The notes: generated from the sequence alone by a model not told the origin. A DNA stretch of 64,000 nt from an uncultured Aliarcobacter sp. (GCA_963677435.1 OY781945.1:1632001-1696000), one strand, 5' to 3'. Numbered from the stretch's first letter, positions 47,563 through 57,808 are shown. A program made the numbers and translations.

Positions 47563-49854
47563 ATGTCCAAAGAGCTAATAAAAAGAAGTAAAGAGATAAT
47601 AGAAGAGAATGTAAATAGTGTAGTAAATAAATTAAAAGATTTGCGAACAGAAATAAGACAAGATATTGTATGTCGATTAAAACTTCTTAACTATAAAACA
47701 AATGATACTTTAGGTGTAAGTGATGGTAACTATAGTGTTTATGAACTAAATGGAGAAAGTAGGGTAAATTCTCCTTATTCCTTTGAACTTACTTTTGTTA
47801 GTGATGAATTTATTGAAATAGAAGATATTGTAGATACTGATGTTCAAATAAGATTGAGTGATTCTGTAAATACTTTAGTTAGAAAAGATATTTATGGAAA
47901 AATATATGAAGCAGCTGAAGACTCTGTAGTTGCTAAAAAATACCTTTATAGAATAAAAGTAGTTTCTCCTATGTATTATTTAGGATTAACAAATAAATAT
48001 GAGATATTTCAAGATAAAACGGTTGTAGATATTATAAGTGAAATAATAAATAGATATAACCAATTGTTAAATATAAAAATAGATGTAAAAATAGATGAAA
48101 TCTTAGCTCCTAAAAGAGAATATGTAACACAATATGATCAAAGTGATTTGGAATTTATTCAAATGCTTTGTGAAGAAGAGGGTTATAGTTTAATAATAGA
48201 TTATAGTTCAAATGATCCTTACTCTGTAATAGTTTGTGAATTAAATGAACATGCAATAGTAAAAACATACTCCTCAACTTGTAGCTTTAATCATAGTAAG
48301 AAATTTAAAACAAGTAATTATGTAGAAGATTATTATGATAAGAATAATCCAAGCTTGGATTATAAACTCTCTTATGGAGCAAATATAAACTCTAGTGTAA
48401 AAGATAATGATAGTACTAAGCAATTAAGAACAGATATAAAAAAAGAGAAATTAAGAGATAAATTAAACCTTTTAGATGAAAGTTACTATAAAGATCTTAA
48501 TAGATATGCAAAAATAGATTCCCAAAGAGAATACTCAAAAAGTAATATAATAAAAGGTGTAAGCCAAGAACTAAATATAAATGATAGCTTGTGTATAAAC
48601 CTAGAAGATGAAAAAGCAAATAAAAAAATAGAGGTAATAATCCTAAATGTAATATATAAAGGTAAATTTGAAAATGCTTTGGATGAATATAGACAAAATG
48701 TAAAAGATAATGAGAAACATGAACTGCAATATGAAGTAGAATTTGAATCAATTCCAAAAGATATAAACTATAAACCCTCAATAAGTATAAATAAACCAAG
48801 AATAAACTCAATCGTAACAGCAATAGTTTCAAATGGAGAATCAAATACAAAAGATTATGAAAATACAATAGATGTAGATGATGAAGGTAAAATAAAAGTA
48901 CTTTTCCACTTTGAAAGAAATAGAATAACCTCTTGTTACCTAAGAGTATCAAACTTTTATGCAGGAACAAACTTTGGAAGTCAGTTTTTGCCAAGAGTAA
49001 ATAGTGAAGTAATAGTAAGCTTCGTAAATGGTGATCCAGATCTTCCAATAATAATAGGAAGCTTGCATAATGGTGAGAATAAAAATCCTTATAATCTGCC
49101 AGAGAATAAAACAAAGAGTTATATAAAGACTTACTCAATGCCACAATATGAAGATAAAGAGGGTTATAATGAAATGGCTTTCGAAGATAAAAGAGGGCAA
49201 GAAGAACTTACTTTTAGAGCCCAAAGAGATATGAATACCCTAGTGTTAAATGATCAATTAACCCATATACAAAATAATTCAAAAATAATAATAGATAATG
49301 AGAAAGAAGAGACTGTAGAATCAAATTCAATATTAACAGTAAATAAAGATTATACGCAAAATGTAAAAGAGAATCATATAAATGTAGTAGAGAAAGAGAA
49401 GCTAACAACAGTGCAAGAAGATTATGAGATACATGTACTTAAGGATTTGAACACTATTGTTAAGAATGACATTAAAACTATTGTGGAAAAGAATGTAGTA
49501 ACTTCAATAAAAAATACTCTTGTAAAATATGTGGAAAAAGATGTAAGTGATAAATACTTAGAGAATTTGTTTGTACAAGTAGCAAATGAAATGGGAATAG
49601 ATATAAAAGATAGTTTCCACCTAAATACAATAAATGTACTGTTTGAAGGAAATAATGAAATAGTACTAGAATCAAGTAGTGGAATAAGTATAAGAAGTGG
49701 AAGTAATGTCTTAACAATAGATAACTCAGGGATACATTTTAATACACCAAATTATAATGAGAATTCAGGAAATAGTGGGGTTGATGGAATGGAAGTTTCT
49801 AAAATCAAAGTGGAAATAAAATCAAATACAAAATTATTTGATTTTTCAATGTAA
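47563..49854 (+). CDS. vgrG: Type VI secretion spike protein VgrG/TssI
   Basis: REYVTQYDQSDLEFIQMLCEEEG, IDVDDEGKIKVLFHF, FLPRVNSEVIVSFVNGDPDLPIIIGSLHN, YNEMAFEDKRGQE...AQRDM, gp5-like beta-helix repeats. Confidence 0.95.
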   Translation: MSKELIKRSKEIIEENVNSVVNKLKDLRTEIRQDIVCRLKLLNYKTNDTLGVSDGNYSVYELNGESRVNSPYSFELTFVSDEFIEIEDIVDTDVQIRLSDSVNTLVRKDIYGKIYEAAEDSVVAKKYLYRIKVVSPMYYLGLTNKYEIFQDKTVVDIISEIINRYNQLLNIKIDVKIDEILAPKREYVTQYDQSDLEFIQMLCEEEGYSLIIDYSSNDPYSVIVCELNEHAIVKTYSSTCSFNHSKKFKTSNYVEDYYDKNNPSLDYKLSYGANINSSVKDNDSTKQLRTDIKKEKLRDKLNLLDESYYKDLNRYAKIDSQREYSKSNIIKGVSQELNINDSLCINLEDEKANKKIEVIILNVIYKGKFENALDEYRQNVKDNEKHELQYEVEFESIPKDINYKPSISINKPRINSIVTAIVSNGESNTKDYENTIDVDDEGKIKVLFHFERNRITSCYLRVSNFYAGTNFGSQFLPRVNSEVIVSFVNGDPDLPIIIGSLHNGENKNPYNLPENKTKSYIKTYSMPQYEDKEGYNEMAFEDKRGQEELTFRAQRDMNTLVLNDQLTHIQNNSKIIIDNEKEETVESNSILTVNKDYTQNVKENHINVVEKEKLTTVQEDYEIHVLKDLNTIVKNDIKTIVEKNVVTSIKNTLVKYVEKDVSDKYLENLFVQVANEMGIDIKDSFHLNTINVLFEGNNEIVLESSSGISIRSGSNVLTIDNSGIHFNTPNYNENSGNSGVDGMEVSKIKVEIKSNTKLFDFSM

Positions 49855-49865
49855 GGTTAAAAAAT

Positions 49866-52355
49866 ATGGCAGATAATACAACAACTCAAGAAAATAAATA
49901 TTATATTCCCAACTTCGCATATCCTTTTAAAAAAATAAAAGATGAAAAAACTTGCTTTGAAATGTTAAAAGACAAAGCAGAAGGTAATTATCTTTTTTCA
50001 GAACAAGGATTGTGGCATGGAGGTATGCATTTTGATAGCTTTTTTGATAAAGAGATAAAATGCATTGCAGATGGTGAAATAGTAGCCTATAGAATAAATG
50101 ATAAATATTTAGATGATAAAACAGAAGAAAAAGAGATATATTCAAATGGATTTTTCTTAGTAAAACATTACTTTGAATACCCAAAGGAAAATAAACTAAC
50201 ATTCTTTTCTCTTTATATGCATACAGCAAAAAAAGAAGAATATGATTTTTCGACACATAAAGCAGTAGGTACAAATAGATTTTTAAGAAAGGGAATATCT
50301 TATAAAGAAGAAGATAAATTAGAAGAGTTAGATGTAAATACAAAAATAACTATAGGAAATTCTTTAGATAAAAATAGGTATGAAGTATTGTATGTAGAAG
50401 ATATTAAAAGAGAAGATAATGCAACAATACATAAATCAAATATAGAAAAACTAGATAACTCTTCTTCGAAAGTAATCACAAAAGATAGTATTCCCAATAA
50501 TATAAATATCTTATCAACTCCAATAAAGATAAAAGCAGGAGAAACTATAGGATTAAAAGGAATCTATGGAAAAATAGATAAAAAAGGAAATGAAGTAGCC
50601 CATATAGAAATATTTACAAAGGATGATGTACAAACCTTTGCACAAAAAGCAAAAGAGCATTATGAAAATAAAAATATAAAAGAAGAAGATAAACCAAAAG
50701 CTATACAAATAAAAATACCTAAAGATATAGAAATATATGAAATAATAGAACAAGAGATAGTAAAAACAAAAGATGCAAATGATACAGCAACTTTAAAAGA
50801 TGATTGTAATACTCAAAATGAAATAGAACCTTTAAATAATGATGTAGAAATTGATGTAAATGAAGATTCTTTAGTGTGTAATAATAGATATGAAATAGAA
50901 TCAATAAATGGAGAAGATGTAAGTGATCAAAATCTAAGTATCTATAAAGGTTCAGTAGAAACAATAAAAAAAGTAATAAAAACAAATAATAAACAAATAG
51001 AAGAGATAATAGTAAATCTAAATAAAATAAAAACAATAGAGTATGAGAATAAGAAATATGTTTATTTAGAAAATAAACCAAAAGTATACCTGTATGAAGA
51101 GTGTAAAGAGATACATCCAATAACATTAGAATGGGCAAAAATAATAGATATGAAATCAAATGATAAAGTATCAATGTTTGAGAATATAGAAGATTTAATA
51201 ATTACAGATGTGTCAAATGAAGTAAAATTAAATAGTTCCTATAATGAATTGTTTAAATTAATAGATAAAGACAATAATAATATGTTAGATTTTCAAGAAT
51301 TAAAAGAAGCAGTAAAAAATAAAGATATAAAAGAGATAATAAGTAAATATATCGTAAAACACTCAAGTGAATGGGATAATGAAATTAACTTAGCACAAGT
51401 AATAATAGATAGAGTAGGAAATAATAAAAATAAAATAGATAATATAGAAGAATTTGATTTGTATTATGAGAAAGTAGAAGAAAGAATAAAAAACTTGAGT
51501 TTTTTTGCTGAATGTAAAACAATTGCTGACTTTTCTCAAAGTGATGAAGTTTATCATTTTAATCCTATTGGCTTGGTTGGGGTGTTTGGAACAGTAAATT
51601 GTATTTCATTAAAAGAGGCAAAAGAAATTGCATTAAAAGTTTCAGGAGGATATGAAGGTAAAAATCCTAGTTACTCAAGTCTTGCAGGAAATTTTGATGG
51701 AGCAGGTATGTCTTGGGGGATAATACAATTTAATTTTGGACAAGATACTTTAGGTCCACTTTTATTAAAAATGAAAGTTAAAAATCAAATAAGTTTTGAA
51801 AATTGTTTTTCGAATGATAATGATTTAAGAAATTTAAATAAAGCTTTAAAAGGAACAATTCAAGATCAAATAAATTGGGCTATAGACATGCAAACAAATC
51901 ATAATTCAAGATGGAAAAATATATTTAATAATTTATCAGAAGTGAAAGAATTTCAAAGTTTGCAATTAAAAGCTGTAGAAAAATATGATAATTCTGCTCT
52001 TGAAATAATAGAATGGATGAGAAAAGAACAACCTAATATTATGAAAAAAATTGAATTAATAACATTTGTTGCATTGCATGATCTAGCAGTACAACAAGGA
52101 AGTATAGACAAAGCAAAAATAGAGATTATTAATAAGTGCAATCTTAATGTGCCAAAGAATCAAAATGAATTTATTCGAATAGTAGTTGAAGAAAGAGGAG
52201 CTAAAGCTTCAAGTAGATGGAGAGCTGATGCAATAAGTAGAAGACTTGGTATTTTAAATAAGAAAAAAACAAAAATTGTTCATAGTGGAGAAACAGTGGA
52301 ACGAACAAATAAAAATTTCAATTTAATAAAAGAAGGATATATATGCGATTTATAA
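49866..52355 (+). CDS. Putative T6SS cargo effector: WHGG-type N-terminal domain, EF-hand-like motif, C-terminal lysozyme-like toxin domain
   Basis: WHGGMHF, CIADGEIVAYR, GFFLVKH, FFSLYMH, HIEIF, DKDNNNMLDFQE, YHFNPIG, then YEG...AGNFDGAGMSWGIIQFN; immediately downstream of vgrG. Confidence 0.8.
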   Translation: MADNTTTQENKYYIPNFAYPFKKIKDEKTCFEMLKDKAEGNYLFSEQGLWHGGMHFDSFFDKEIKCIADGEIVAYRINDKYLDDKTEEKEIYSNGFFLVKHYFEYPKENKLTFFSLYMHTAKKEEYDFSTHKAVGTNRFLRKGISYKEEDKLEELDVNTKITIGNSLDKNRYEVLYVEDIKREDNATIHKSNIEKLDNSSSKVITKDSIPNNINILSTPIKIKAGETIGLKGIYGKIDKKGNEVAHIEIFTKDDVQTFAQKAKEHYENKNIKEEDKPKAIQIKIPKDIEIYEIIEQEIVKTKDANDTATLKDDCNTQNEIEPLNNDVEIDVNEDSLVCNNRYEIESINGEDVSDQNLSIYKGSVETIKKVIKTNNKQIEEIIVNLNKIKTIEYENKKYVYLENKPKVYLYEECKEIHPITLEWAKIIDMKSNDKVSMFENIEDLIITDVSNEVKLNSSYNELFKLIDKDNNNMLDFQELKEAVKNKDIKEIISKYIVKHSSEWDNEINLAQVIIDRVGNNKNKIDNIEEFDLYYEKVEERIKNLSFFAECKTIADFSQSDEVYHFNPIGLVGVFGTVNCISLKEAKEIALKVSGGYEGKNPSYSSLAGNFDGAGMSWGIIQFNFGQDTLGPLLLKMKVKNQISFENCFSNDNDLRNLNKALKGTIQDQINWAIDMQTNHNSRWKNIFNNLSEVKEFQSLQLKAVEKYDNSALEIIEWMRKEQPNIMKKIELITFVALHDLAVQQGSIDKAKIEIINKCNLNVPKNQNEFIRIVVEERGAKASSRWRADAISRRLGILNKKKTKIVHSGETVERTNKNFNLIKEGYICDL

Positions 52356-52957
52356 TTTTAGTAGTTTGTTTAATAAATTTTTCCTTTGCAGAAATTAATT
52401 GTGAAGAAGGTTATAAGAAAATAATACATAGGTATCAGAACCTTACTATAACTGAATGTAATTGTAATTGTACTATGCAAAATAATGATTTTTTTATCAC
52501 AAATAAAAATAATGATTTTATATATAAACTTACAGAAGTTTCAAAAATAATTGATAAAAATAGAACTATTACAAGAAATATAAATCCAACAATAGATTAT
52601 TTTTTAAAAAATAAAAATTTTTGTACTAAAAATTTAGAATTTAAGGAAAACCTATTATATTTCTTTACATTAATTCCTTTTGATGATAGTTATTGTTATG
52701 AGCTAAGTGCATATATGAATCTTGATGGTAAAATTTATACATTAGTTGACTATGTAGAAATAACGAGTAAAATAATAAATATCCAATCCTCAAAACAACC
52801 TCTATATAAAACCCCTTCAGAAAAGACAAAGATGTATCTAGTAAAAGGTGATAAAGTAGAAATACTAGAAGAAAAAGATGATTGGTTATATATTTTATAT
52901 AAAGGTAAAAAAGATATAAAAGCTTGGATTCCTAAAAGTGCAGTTGAGTACAAATAG
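52343..52957 (+). CDS. Putative periplasmic immunity protein with a C-terminal SH3-like domain
   Basis: Signal peptide MRFIILVVCLINFSFA; overlaps the effector stop; LYKTP...TKMYLVKGDKVEILEEKDDWLYILY...KAWIPK. Confidence 0.75.
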   Translation: MRFIILVVCLINFSFAEINCEEGYKKIIHRYQNLTITECNCNCTMQNNDFFITNKNNDFIYKLTEVSKIIDKNRTITRNINPTIDYFLKNKNFCTKNLEFKENLLYFFTLIPFDDSYCYELSAYMNLDGKIYTLVDYVEITSKIINIQSSKQPLYKTPSEKTKMYLVKGDKVEILEEKDDWLYILYKGKKDIKAWIPKSAVEYK

Positions 52958-52991
52958 AAAAAACTTCTCAAACTCCAATTTAGAAGATAAA

Positions 52992-53129
52992 CTGTATGAA
53001 GAGTGTAAAGAGATACAACCAATAACATTAGAATGGGCAAAAATAATAGATATGAAATCAAATGATAAAGTATCAATGTTTGAGAATATAGAAGATTTAA
53101 TAATTACAGCTGTGTCAAATGAAGTAAAA
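52992..53129 (+). repeat. 138-bp direct copy of the effector interior (51090-51227)
   Basis: Aligned by eye with 2 mismatches. Confidence 0.95.
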
Positions 53130-53151
53130 ATAAAAAGTTTTATAAAAATAA

Positions 53152-53192
53152 ACTCAATGCCACAATATGAAGATAAAGAGAGTTATAATGAA
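53152..53192 (+). repeat. 41-bp direct copy of the vgrG interior (49133-49173)
   Basis: ACTCAATGCCACAATATGAAGATAAAGAG[A/G]GTTATAATGAA, 1 mismatch; weaker similarity extends about 25 bp upstream. Confidence 0.9.
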
Positions 53193-53203
53193 TAAAAGAG
53201 AAG

Positions 53204-53599
53204 ATGAATTTTAAAATGAGTAAATATATATGGATTATTTTACAAATTGCAATTAGTGGATTAATATTATATTTGATATATCTTGATATTGTTTTAATTA
53301 TGGGATATGATGAAATAGTAAAAATGATAGCAATGGATAGAGAAGAATTGATTCATTATCAGCCAGAATTAGGTGTATTTAGTCTAGGATTTTTTATTTT
53401 TGCTGGAGTTATTGAATGGATTTTCCTTTTTGGAAATTTATTTTTAATTTTTTTTCCATTTCTCATTATATCTGTGAACATTATCCTGTTAGTTTGTATA
53501 TTTTTGGCAGTTCTTATTTTCAAACAAAAAGCTAAACTTTTAGTTATCACAAGTTTAATAATTGCTAGTATGTTTTTTATTTGTATATTAAATAGATAA
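53204..53599 (+). CDS. Hypothetical membrane protein, possible orphan immunity protein
   Basis: 131 aa with 3-4 TM segments, between effector-derived fragments. Confidence 0.55.
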   Translation: MNFKMSKYIWIILQIAISGLILYLIYLDIVLIMGYDEIVKMIAMDREELIHYQPELGVFSLGFFIFAGVIEWIFLFGNLFLIFFPFLIISVNIILLVCIFLAVLIFKQKAKLLVITSLIIASMFFICILNR

Positions 53600-53854
53600 A
53601 GGTTCTGAAAATAACGAAGATGAAATACTAGAAGTACATGAACTAAAAGAAGCAACAGTGAATACAAAGATAAAATTATTATAAATAATTATGATTTACA
53701 TGAAAGTGAATATTACTCAGATAATTATATGAATAGATATTTCTTTAGAAAAAATCATAAAAAAACTCTCCAATTTGCTTAAAATATAAAATATAGTAGA
53801 ATTCCAACTTATTAAAAAACTAATAATATTAAAATTTTATAACGGATTTAGAAA

Positions 53855-54190
53855 ATGGATTATTTTAGAGAATTATTTTTCGCTTTATCTATATTTTTTA
53901 TTGGATATTTAATTTTTAAATACGACATATTTAAAAAAATGAAAAATTCGAGAACTTTAGCAAAAGATTATAAAGGTTGTTATATTTTAAAATATCCCAA
54001 TAGAGTAGAGTTCCATAATAAAGGAGAAATGTTTTTAATAGATTTTGATGAGTTTTTTGAACTTAACCCAAAATTAAAGGGTAAAATCAAAATCATTGAG
54101 CGACCTTTGTTAGATCTTACAAATAAAGATGCAATTAGAAATGAAGTTGAGATAAGAAAAGAAATTAGAATGGAAAATGATGATTATTAA
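53855..54190 (+). CDS. Hypothetical protein with an N-terminal TM helix
   Basis: GGA RBS; 111-aa ORF. Confidence 0.6.
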   Translation: MDYFRELFFALSIFFIGYLIFKYDIFKKMKNSRTLAKDYKGCYILKYPNRVEFHNKGEMFLIDFDEFFELNPKLKGKIKIIERPLLDLTNKDAIRNEVEIRKEIRMENDDY

Positions 54191-54245
54191 TAGTAATATA
54201 AAATCTTATCTAGTACAATTTATAGAATTAAAAGAAAGGTTTTAA

Positions 54246-54992
54246 ATGATAGATTATATTTCTTTAGAAAAATATGCAAAGGAAATGTCTATTTTATTAG
54301 TTGAAGATGAAAAAGAAATTTCTGAAAAGATGAAAAATCTTTTAAGTGAAGTTTTTTCAAGAATTGATGTTGCCTTTGATGGAAAAGAAGCTTTAGAAGA
54401 GTATTGTAATTATTTTAAATTACACAATGAATATCCTGATTTAATATTTACAGATATTCAAATGCCTAATATGAATGGAATTGAACTTATAAAAAATATT
54501 TATAAAATAAATCCAAAACAAAATATTATTGTATTATCAGCTTATAACGAATCAGAATATCTTATGGAATTGGTAAATCTTGGAATATCTAGATTTATTT
54601 TAAAACCTGTTGATTATGATAATTTTTTTGAAGTTGTATTTAAAATATCAAAAGAGATTTATTTAGAAAAAAATAAAACTATAGAAGAAAAAGAGATTTT
54701 TATAAAATTAAATAATGATTTGCTTTGGAATAAAGATCTAAAACAGTTATATTTTAATAATGAATTATTTAAACTTACAAAAAAAGAGTTTAGATTATTG
54801 GATTTACTTCTTAAAATACCTGAAAAGATATTTGTTAATGAAGAAATTATCACTTATGTATGGGAAGAAGAATTTGATAAAAGCCCAGATATCTCAAATT
54901 TGAAAAATCTAATATCTAGGCTAAGAAGTAAAATAAGTAGTTTAAAAATTGAAAATATTTACGGTTTTGGTTACAAAATAGCTATTCTTTAA
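54246..54992 (+). CDS. OmpR-family response regulator
   Basis: ILLVEDE, DLIFTDIQMPNMNG, LSAY, FILKP, LTKKE, IENIYGFGY. Confidence 0.93.
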   Translation: MIDYISLEKYAKEMSILLVEDEKEISEKMKNLLSEVFSRIDVAFDGKEALEEYCNYFKLHNEYPDLIFTDIQMPNMNGIELIKNIYKINPKQNIIVLSAYNESEYLMELVNLGISRFILKPVDYDNFFEVVFKISKEIYLEKNKTIEEKEIFIKLNNDLLWNKDLKQLYFNNELFKLTKKEFRLLDLLLKIPEKIFVNEEIITYVWEEEFDKSPDISNLKNLISRLRSKISSLKIENIYGFGYKIAIL

Positions 54993-54996
54993 TTTT

Positions 54997-55920
54997 TTAA
55001 AGATTGTACAAATAAAGTACAAATGGAATATAAAACAATGAAACAAGTGTTGAAATTAAAACAGCAACAGACATTTTTTCAGGTTTTACATTCAATAAAG
55101 TTGCCACTGTTACTGTGTTTCCAGCTAGTGGAACAATTGCAAATATAAACATTACTAAATATAAATCAGGGTCTAAAAAATGTATAAAATTTTTATCTAA
55201 AAAAATAAAAATAAGTACAATCAGTGGCCAGATGATAAATTTAACAAAAAGTGCTAATGATATAAACATTTTATCAAATCCACCACTTGTTTTTATATGT
55301 TCCATTCCCATACCTAAAAGCATCATTCCTAATATTGCATAGGCACCTTTTAAATAACCAGTATAAGACATAAACATTTCTGGCATTTGAAAACCTGATA
55401 AATTTAAGATAAGTCCTAAAACAAAAGCATGTAATACTGGAAGTTTCATAACTTTTCTGATACTCTCTTTTGCTGTAAAAGTACTTTTAGCAGTGATATA
55501 ATATCCCACAGAATTTTGATATAAAATTGAAGCTAAGATACTAAAAATAAAAATATCTACAAGTTTTGGTTCTAAAAATAAAATAGCTACGGGAATCCCA
55601 AGATTTCCTGTGTTTCCAGTCGCAACTGTAAAAGAAAGAACATTTGCACTATTATCTTTGAATATTTTCTGAAAAATTGGAAGTGTTCCAAAAGCAATAA
55701 TTAGACTTATAGTAAAAAAGAAAAGTGGTAAAAAAATTACTGAACTATTTATGTGTACGCTCAAAGTTGCATTAAAAACAATTAATGGAGCTAAAATATA
55801 AAGCAATATTTTGGCAATAGTGTCTTTACTACAATCAAAATATTTGGTGCTGAAAAAACCTAATAATATACTAAAATATAAGGGAATTATTTTCCCAAGA
55901 AGAGTCAAAAAAACTGTCAT
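54997..55920 (-). CDS. AEC family transporter
   Basis: ATGNTGNLGIP, LGMMLLG, KFIIWP, PLAGNT. Confidence 0.88.
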   Translation of the reverse strand: MTVFLTLLGKIIPLYFSILLGFFSTKYFDCSKDTIAKILLYILAPLIVFNATLSVHINSSVIFLPLFFFTISLIIAFGTLPIFQKIFKDNSANVLSFTVATGNTGNLGIPVAILFLEPKLVDIFIFSILASILYQNSVGYYITAKSTFTAKESIRKVMKLPVLHAFVLGLILNLSGFQMPEMFMSYTGYLKGAYAILGMMLLGMGMEHIKTSGGFDKMFISLALFVKFIIWPLIVLIFIFLDKNFIHFLDPDLYLVMFIFAIVPLAGNTVTVATLLNVKPEKMSVAVLISTLVSLFYIPFVLYLYNL

Positions 55921-55991
55921 ATAAATCCTTAGATAAATTTATATATATTATAATTAATTTTAATAAAAATAATCTATTTATTTAGTATAAA

Positions 55992-57530
55992 TTATTTATA
56001 AATCAATCTTGCAATTGCAAAAATAAACAAACCTAAGGCAATCTCTTTTAACTCTTTGTCATATAAAAGTATAAATATTGAACTAGCAAATAACGCCATT
56101 GAAAAAATAATTGGTTTAAGATAATCTTTTATCTCTTTTGAAATCCAAGTTACTTGGTCATTTGAAATCTGAATTTTCAACTCTCCTGAGCTAGCTTGTT
56201 TTAGAACTGATTTAAAATCTTTTATAGTAAAAGGAATAGATTTTATTTCATCAACTAATGTTTCTAAAATTGATTCATTTGCTCCCAAAGCTTTTGGGAT
56301 ATTCTTTTGTAAAATTGGCAAAATATCTTTTATCCCATTGAAATTTTCTATATAAGTTGTTCCTAAACCTTCGATTATTGCGCTAACTCTTAATATATAA
56401 ATAGCATCACTTGGAAGTTTAAAAGGAAAATCTCTTGTATTTTCAAGTACATCAAAAGCCAATTTTTGCATTGATTCACTACTTAAGTTATCATTTGAAA
56501 ATATATCAAACATTTTATTTGTAAACTCTGCTAATTCGTTTGTAGGAGCTTCATAAGCTATGGTTCCTAATCGTTTACTAGCATTTATATAAAGTTCATA
56601 ATCTCTTTCATGTGCAGCTTTTATAAGCTCAATTATTGCTATTCTTGTAGCATTTGGAACTGATTTAACCATTCCAAAATCAAGTAAGATTAATTCACCT
56701 TCTTTATTTACAAGTAAATTTCCAGGATGAGGATCTGCATGAAAATAACCATTTATTAACATTTGAGTTGTATAAAAATCTATAAGTTTTGAAATAATAA
56801 TATTAAAATCAATGTTTTGTTCTTTTAAACTTTTTTTATCATCAAATCTAAATCCCTCTTCAAAACTCATAACCAAAGCATCATCACTTGAAATATCAGC
56901 ATAAGCTTTTGGAAATTTTATTCCACTATCTTTGTACATATGTGAGAATTTTTGCAGATTTGAAAGCTCATTTGTAAGACTTACTTCTTGTAAAATCATT
57001 GAAGAAAATTCAGAGATTACAGCTTCTATAGAATTTTTTGTGTGGTGCGAAAATAGGGGTTTAAATATTGTGTTAAAGATTTTGATGATTTTTATATCAG
57101 CAACTACACGATTTTTTATTCCTTTTCTTCGCAGTTTTACAGCAACTTTTTCATTTGTTTTTAAAAATGCAATATGAACTTGACCGATAGATGCCGATGC
57201 AAGTGGAGTTTCTTCAAACTTTATAAAAGGATTTATTTCAAAGGCTTTTTTGAAAACTTCTTCATATTCATATTTTCTCATAGCTGGAAGTTGATCATGA
57301 AGTTCTCTTAATTCATCCAAATAATCAGCTGAAAAAAAGTCTGCTCTTGTTGCTAACACTTGTGCTAATTTTACAAAACTAGCTCCAAGACTTATAGTTA
57401 TTTCTTTTAATTTTTTAGGTTTTAAAGGTTTAAAAAATAAAAAGCTATCCTTTTTTTTTATCACTAAATAAATAGTTAATAAAAATTGAAATACACTATA
57501 AACTCTACTTGGAGAGTAAAGAGTCAGGGT
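55992..57530 (-). CDS. AarF/ABC1/UbiB kinase family protein
   Basis: LGASFVKLAQ, PLASASIGQVH, VAVKL, FHADPHPGN, LLDFGM. Frame stays open upstream of 57464 (LYSPSRVYSVFQFLLTIYL), so the true start is near 57530-57548 and uncertain. Confidence 0.9.
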   Translation of the reverse strand, partial: TLTLYSPSRVYSVFQFLLTIYLVIKKKDSFLFFKPLKPKKLKEITISLGASFVKLAQVLATRADFFSADYLDELRELHDQLPAMRKYEYEEVFKKAFEINPFIKFEETPLASASIGQVHIAFLKTNEKVAVKLRRKGIKNRVVADIKIIKIFNTIFKPLFSHHTKNSIEAVISEFSSMILQEVSLTNELSNLQKFSHMYKDSGIKFPKAYADISSDDALVMSFEEGFRFDDKKSLKEQNIDFNIIISKLIDFYTTQMLINGYFHADPHPGNLLVNKEGELILLDFGMVKSVPNATRIAIIELIKAAHERDYELYINASKRLGTIAYEAPTNELAEFTNKMFDIFSNDNLSSESMQKLAFDVLENTRDFPFKLPSDAIYILRVSAIIEGLGTTYIENFNGIKDILPILQKNIPKALGANESILETLVDEIKSIPFTIKDFKSVLKQASSGELKIQISNDQVTWISKEIKDYLKPIIFSMALFASSIFILLYDKELKEIALGLFIFAIARLIYK

Positions 57531-57544
57531 TTTAAAAAAAGTTT

Positions 57545-57808
57545 TTATTTTAAATCCTCTTTTAATTTTACTAAATCTTCTTTAGTTGCAAGTCCTAGTT
57601 CATCAATAATCTCTTTCATAGTTGATTTTAATTCAGCTTTGAACTTCTCATCACTCTCTTTACCTTTTTGCTCCAATGATTCTAAAAAACTTTTTACATC
57701 TTTAGTATCAAGTTTACCTTTTTCTTCTAGTTTTTTCAACTCATCTTCAATTTTTTCTTTTAAAACCAAAGCTCCACCAAGTCCTGTAAAAATTAGTTCT
57801 TTTAGCAT
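57545..57808 (-). CDS. Phasin-like small helical protein
   Basis: TGLG...LKEKIEDELKKLEEKGKL ... LGLATKEDL; pattern commonly seen upstream of UbiB/AarF genes. Confidence 0.75.
   Translation of the reverse strand: MLKELIFTGLGGALVLKEKIEDELKKLEEKGKLDTKDVKSFLESLEQKGKESDEKFKAELKSTMKEIIDELGLATKEDLVKLKEDLK

Noticed and set aside
48497..51174. Several long Leu/Tyr/Phe-rich minus-strand ORFs
   Set aside because: By-products of the strong A-rich strand bias in vgrG and the effector.
52938..53195. 85-aa ORF as a functional gene
   Set aside because: Chimera of duplicated effector and vgrG fragments with a GTG start inside the upstream gene; treated as a recombination scar.
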